Shown here: piece after piece, positions 61,701 through 64,000 of the stretch | Position numbering within the stretch: position 1 is the stretch's first letter | How the letters are laid out: each line of letters opens with the position of its first letter | Source: Marsupella aquatica | Lineage: Eukaryota; Plantae; Marchantiophyta | Assembly (NCBI GenBank): GCA_973895155.1 | Contig: OZ316896.1 | Span: 14,480,684-14,544,683, forward strand | Length of the DNA stretch: 64,000 nt | Direction: 5' to 3' | Notes under the pieces: generated by a model | Database searches by the model: none | Told to the model about the DNA's origin: nothing | The model's input: only the letters and a program-made list of their open reading frames with translations | Made by a program: the position numbers and the translations under genes

Positions 61701-64000
61701 GACTAATTTTTAGAATTCATAACTCTATCAATTCTCCATGAAAACTAGAGATATTGAATTGGTTGGAAACTAGGTCTTTTCAAGCAAGAGAGTTACTCAG
61801 GCCATTGGCTCTTCATTTAGTGCATGCAGTAGCCTCTAACTAGGGGCATTTCTAGACATTTTTGGAGTTCATGTTAAGTAGTCTGTGTCAAATTGAACCC
61901 TCTTTATTTGGTGTAGTGTCTTTGCCATGGTTATACTTTTCTCTTTTGACATTAATATTAATAGTGATCATCGTCCTACCCTTTAAGTTCAACACAAACA
62001 TATCAACAGACCACAACCTCGTCAGGAGGAAAATCTTGTTTCGGGAGGTCTCACCAACTAAATTATGTCTCATTAGTCACAGAGATCCAAGACCACTGAT
62101 GACTTGGTTACCTTCAATAGACTAGAGTAAAAATGTTTGGACATGAAGGTTCTAGCGAGAAGAGGGTCCAAAGAACCGTGTTGCCACTGATCCAATTAAT
62201 AGAACAGCAAGATGTAAAAGTTGGGGCAGGACAAGAAGAAAGTGCCAAATGAGAGAAGAGTGTGCAATCCACAATAGATGCATGGCAAATTCACCAAAGA
62301 TTTTCCATGGAGGAAAGTGTGGGTGATCTGTTGGGAGACATCAAAGCAATTTCCCAAACCATTTTTCAGTATGCCATCCCCAAGATTGAACAAAATAGTA
62401 AGCTCCCCACAAGAATTTGATTACTGAGCTTGCCCCTTGCAGAACATCAGATTGACTAAACTGCTTCAAATGATTTGAATCCTGACTAAGATTATGGGAC
62501 CCAAAAATCTCCACTTTAGAACACAATGCCGTGGCACTGTGCTTGGGGAAAATGGTAGCTGACATTTCTAATGAAATGGAAGAATATTTTATATAAAATG
62601 CTACATTTGTGTGAGGAGGTAAACTGCAGGTTCCTAGGGAGTCAACTACAAAAATCATATGTGATTAAAAATAAGTATTTAGTATCTTGTTGGCAAAATT
62701 TATGAAAAATGGGAACAATGAGGTGCTATAGAGAATATTGAAACACATTGAAAATGGCAATATTTATATTTATTCATAAATAGAGGTATTTAAATTAGAT
62801 CATGATCAAACAAATTCATACATTGAACTCTCCCTTAGCACACTTATAGTGGTGGTCGTTGAACATAGTTTGGCTATGATAGCTATGCTAGAGCTACAAA
62901 TGGTTGAGGGCTAGAAGGTCCTGTAATTCAACTTGATGATCGAGGACCCAACTTTGTTACTAATAAAATTAGCTAATTAGACAAATGTCCAGATGCTATA
63001 AAATTGTCCACCTAGTGGCAATGGATCAAATTGTATAGAGTTCGAACATAATTTGCATGAATTAGAGAATTGGCTTGTCTTTCCTTCTAACAAAATTTAT
63101 ACAATAAAGTATGGTACAATTTTCATGCTACCTATATTTTTTACATCCCATTTCCATAATATTGTGATTTATTACATACATAATTGCCAAATCTTTTTAT
63201 CAAATACATACTTTTCCCCATTCTTTTTAGTTTTACCAGTATTCTGTCAATTTTTTGCAGTGATTGTTTTAGCAATTAACTCTAATTAGCTTGAAATAAT
63301 CAAAAGGTCAACCTTGCCAATTTTTATCTTTAGACTCTCATCACTGTCCTCATCTTAACCTCAACACCCCCTCCCACCCTTGATAAAGCGGGATGAGGGA
63401 CTTGGGCAGCCAGGGTTGGACTGGGGTGGAGTGGGGTGGGACAGGACCCTGGACAGGACAAACAAATGAGACCCAGCCCAATGTCGATGGTACTCGCGGT
63501 ACTGTAGTATGGTTAGAAGACACTAAAGACTATCCAATGGTGAAACCTGGTCGGTCAGTTGCAAGGTCGGTTGTTAGCTGTCAAACTGTTCGAGGCTAAT
63601 TAGAGTACTTTTCCTGACCAGCAGAGGAAAATGATGACAAAGTAGGTATGTTGGCAAAAAGGATTGACACAATTCTAGAATGAGTTCCCCCTGCATCTAC
63701 CGAGGGCTGCCACTAAATACGGAAAAAGAACACCTAAGCACACCACACGGTGTGGCCACCACCACCCTAGCATTGCCGCTACATCTTGAAGCTTGCCTAT
63801 TAACCTAAAACATGCAGCACACACATGTGTCACCAACCTATCCTATCCTAATGGGAGACTATCGGTGCCTTTTGAGGGTGTCCACTATCACTCCGCTAAG
63901 AAGGTCTTGCTCGAGTCCACAACTTCCTACCTACTCGACTTATGTAACTAACCGGCCAACCATGTCCACCGGCATCAATCTTCCTGGCTGCCATCATCCA

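Overview
Eukaryotic land-plant genomic DNA: spliced genes, a CrRLK1L kinase and many TE relics, with GA/CT-microsatellite leaders that suggest a bryophyte or other seed-free plant (inference). Five apparently intact host genes: a small CYSTM-like peptide (10091-10312 +), a 7-exon LMW-PTP-like protein with Ser at the catalytic Cys position (14700-17605 +), an intronless CrRLK1L malectin receptor kinase (25886-28546 +), a 10-exon class-3 lipase (47111-43194 -) and a 7-exon DSK2/ubiquilin (54816-50938 -). The most unusual object is a 5.77-kb pogo-type DNA transposon (310-6078; 43-bp TIRs, TA target duplication). It holds a decayed, spliced DD37D transposase with an OTU-like C-terminal extension. 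It also holds an uninterrupted stand-alone ORF with a DNA-polymerase-lambda-type BRCT domain, and a mosaic of intronless captured host-gene fragments (MOR1/XMAP215 and SCI1-like). The rest is satellites, MITEs, solo LTRs, LINE fragments and a 1.5-kb foldback. All protein-family calls were made by eye from remembered motifs; no database search was run.
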